NCBI GenBank assembly: GCA_041393255.1
Contig: JAWKKM010000015.1
Span: 468 to 64,467 of the forward strand
Source of the DNA: Bacteroidales bacterium
Lineage (GTDB): Bacteria; Bacteroidota; Bacteroidia; Bacteroidales; JAADJA01
DNA length: 64,000 nucleotides
Direction: 5' to 3'
Positions within the stretch are counted from its first letter, which is position 1. Each line of letters starts with the position of its first letter. The position numbers and the translations under genes are program-made. The notes under the pieces were generated by a model, which saw nothing but the letters and a program-made list of their open reading frames with translations, ran no database searches and was not told the DNA's origin. Shown piece after piece: positions 62,980 through 64,000 of this stretch.

Positions 62980-64000
62980 ATGAAAACTCGACTCACTCTG
63001 ATTATTACTGTAATACTGGGAATTATCGTTTTCGAATCCTTCTACAATCCCGTTTACAAAACTCCCAATGAGCAATACATAATTGTTGGTTGGAATGACC
63101 TTGGGATGCATTGTGCAAATAAAGATTTTCAAAATATGGCTGTTTTGCCTCCTTATAACAACCTTACTGCACAAGTGATTAAGCGGGGTTCAGATACAAC
63201 TTTACCCGAATTGATCAATTCAGGTGTTTATATTACCTATGAGATTCCGGGAAATACTTATTCTGTAGGGAAAACAAATTTCTGGGATTATGAAGATCAT
63301 TTATTCGGGGTCAATCTTCCTGATAATATTGGATTAGCAGGAGAAGGTTTAACAGGCCAGATGCATGTTGATGAACAGCATTTTAAAGTTGAAGGCATTC
63401 CAATCACTCCATATCAGGACACCAATTTACTGGTAGAGGACCCTTTTCAGTTAGCATTATTGATGCTTTATGATGTCAATGATAATTTGTTGGCTTCTAC
63501 CCAACCAGTGATTCCTGTATCGAATGAAATAAATTGTGTTACTTCCGGTTGTCATAGCATTGAGTTGAATATCCTTAATGAACATTCTGATGAAGGAGGT
63601 TTCGATCCTAATAACCGTCCGATCCTTTGTGCTTCGTGCCACTCATCAAACGCCCTTGGCACCCCCGGCACACCTGGTTTGGGATCTTTATCCGAAGTTA
63701 TCCATGATAAACATAAAGATAAAACCAATGATTGTTATAAATGCCACCCAGGCCCAAACACACAATGCCAGCGTGGGGTTATGCACGAGGCCGGAATGGT
63801 TTGCCAGGATTGTCATGGTAGCCTAACTCAAGTGGCTGAATCAATAAAAAATGGGAGAGAACCATGGTTGGAAGAACCATCATGCGGATCAACAAATTGC
63901 CATGGTTCGAATTATGCTGAAGAACCGGGCAAACTTTTCAGGCAATCGAAAGGACATGGTGGCTTATATTGTAGTGCATGTCATGGATCGCCACATGCGA
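62980..64000 (+). CDS. Multiheme c-type cytochrome, 5' partial (runs off the window)
   Basis: The frame from ATG 62980 is open to the window end. It is not in the ORF track, presumably because it has no stop codon. It has an N-terminal TM/signal segment. There are four CxxCH motifs (CASCH, CYKCH, CQDCH, CSACH) and two CxxxxCH motifs (CVTSGCH, CGSTNCH). Confidence 0.75.
   Translation, partial: MKTRLTLIITVILGIIVFESFYNPVYKTPNEQYIIVGWNDLGMHCANKDFQNMAVLPPYNNLTAQVIKRGSDTTLPELINSGVYITYEIPGNTYSVGKTNFWDYEDHLFGVNLPDNIGLAGEGLTGQMHVDEQHFKVEGIPITPYQDTNLLVEDPFQLALLMLYDVNDNLLASTQPVIPVSNEINCVTSGCHSIELNILNEHSDEGGFDPNNRPILCASCHSSNALGTPGTPGLGSLSEVIHDKHKDKTNDCYKCHPGPNTQCQRGVMHEAGMVCQDCHGSLTQVAESIKNGREPWLEEPSCGSTNCHGSNYAEEPGKLFRQSKGHGGLYCSACHGSPHA

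Overview
The window is an AT-rich chromosomal segment that looks Bacteroidota-like. Evidence for this: several proteins end in T9SS-type C-terminal sorting domains, many genes have TAnnTTTG -7 boxes upstream, there is a FISUMP-domain protein, there are many FtsX/MacB-like permease paralogs, and there are LytTR and sigma-54 regulators. I found no rRNA, tRNA or CRISPR array.

Layout:
- 1-6.7 kb is an accessory patch. It holds an orphan RHS C-terminal toxin cassette with a lipoprotein immunity candidate, a second RHS junction stub, a decayed RelE-type toxin-antitoxin (TA) module with an XRE gene, a primase-like fragment, a BglII/BamHI-like endonuclease with an MT-A70 methylase, and a compositionally odd C-rich HTH gene.
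- 6.7-15.3 kb is an activated-methyl-cycle cluster: ahcY, a GNAT-like gene, metH, and a YitJ-like Hcy-methyltransferase/MTHFR fusion.
- 15.3-28.7 kb is mixed: an IS5-like element, an aminotransferase, beta-helix proteins, a TPR hybrid histidine kinase, an aldo/keto reductase, a FISUMP protein and a LytTR regulator.
- 28.7-37.5 kb is the most unusual locus. A four-helix-bundle (Avd / 23S-IVS family) gene is flanked by about 105-125 bp direct repeats. It is followed by two tandem, mosaic paralogs of about 1130 aa with the architecture nucleotide cyclase - STAND P-loop NTPase - TPR/helical sensor, and then by a DUF4143 ATPase.
- 37.6-64 kb holds T9SS surface proteins (one is a highly repetitive LRR-like gene), housekeeping genes (M48 peptidase, AI-2E, MeaB, TerC, VOC, MazG-like), a LytTR/His_kinase pair, an ATP-cone-Mrr-like nuclease, a sigma-54 two-component pair divergent from two tandem FtsX permeases with a -24/-12 promoter candidate, and the 5' part of a multiheme cytochrome c.

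Caveat: at least about 20 genes, including core ones such as ahcY, carry frame breaks. In nearly every case I checked, the frame is restored by adding one base to a homopolymer. I therefore treat most 'pseudogenes' as probable sequencing or assembly artefacts.

All similarity statements are by-eye motif recognition. No searches were run.
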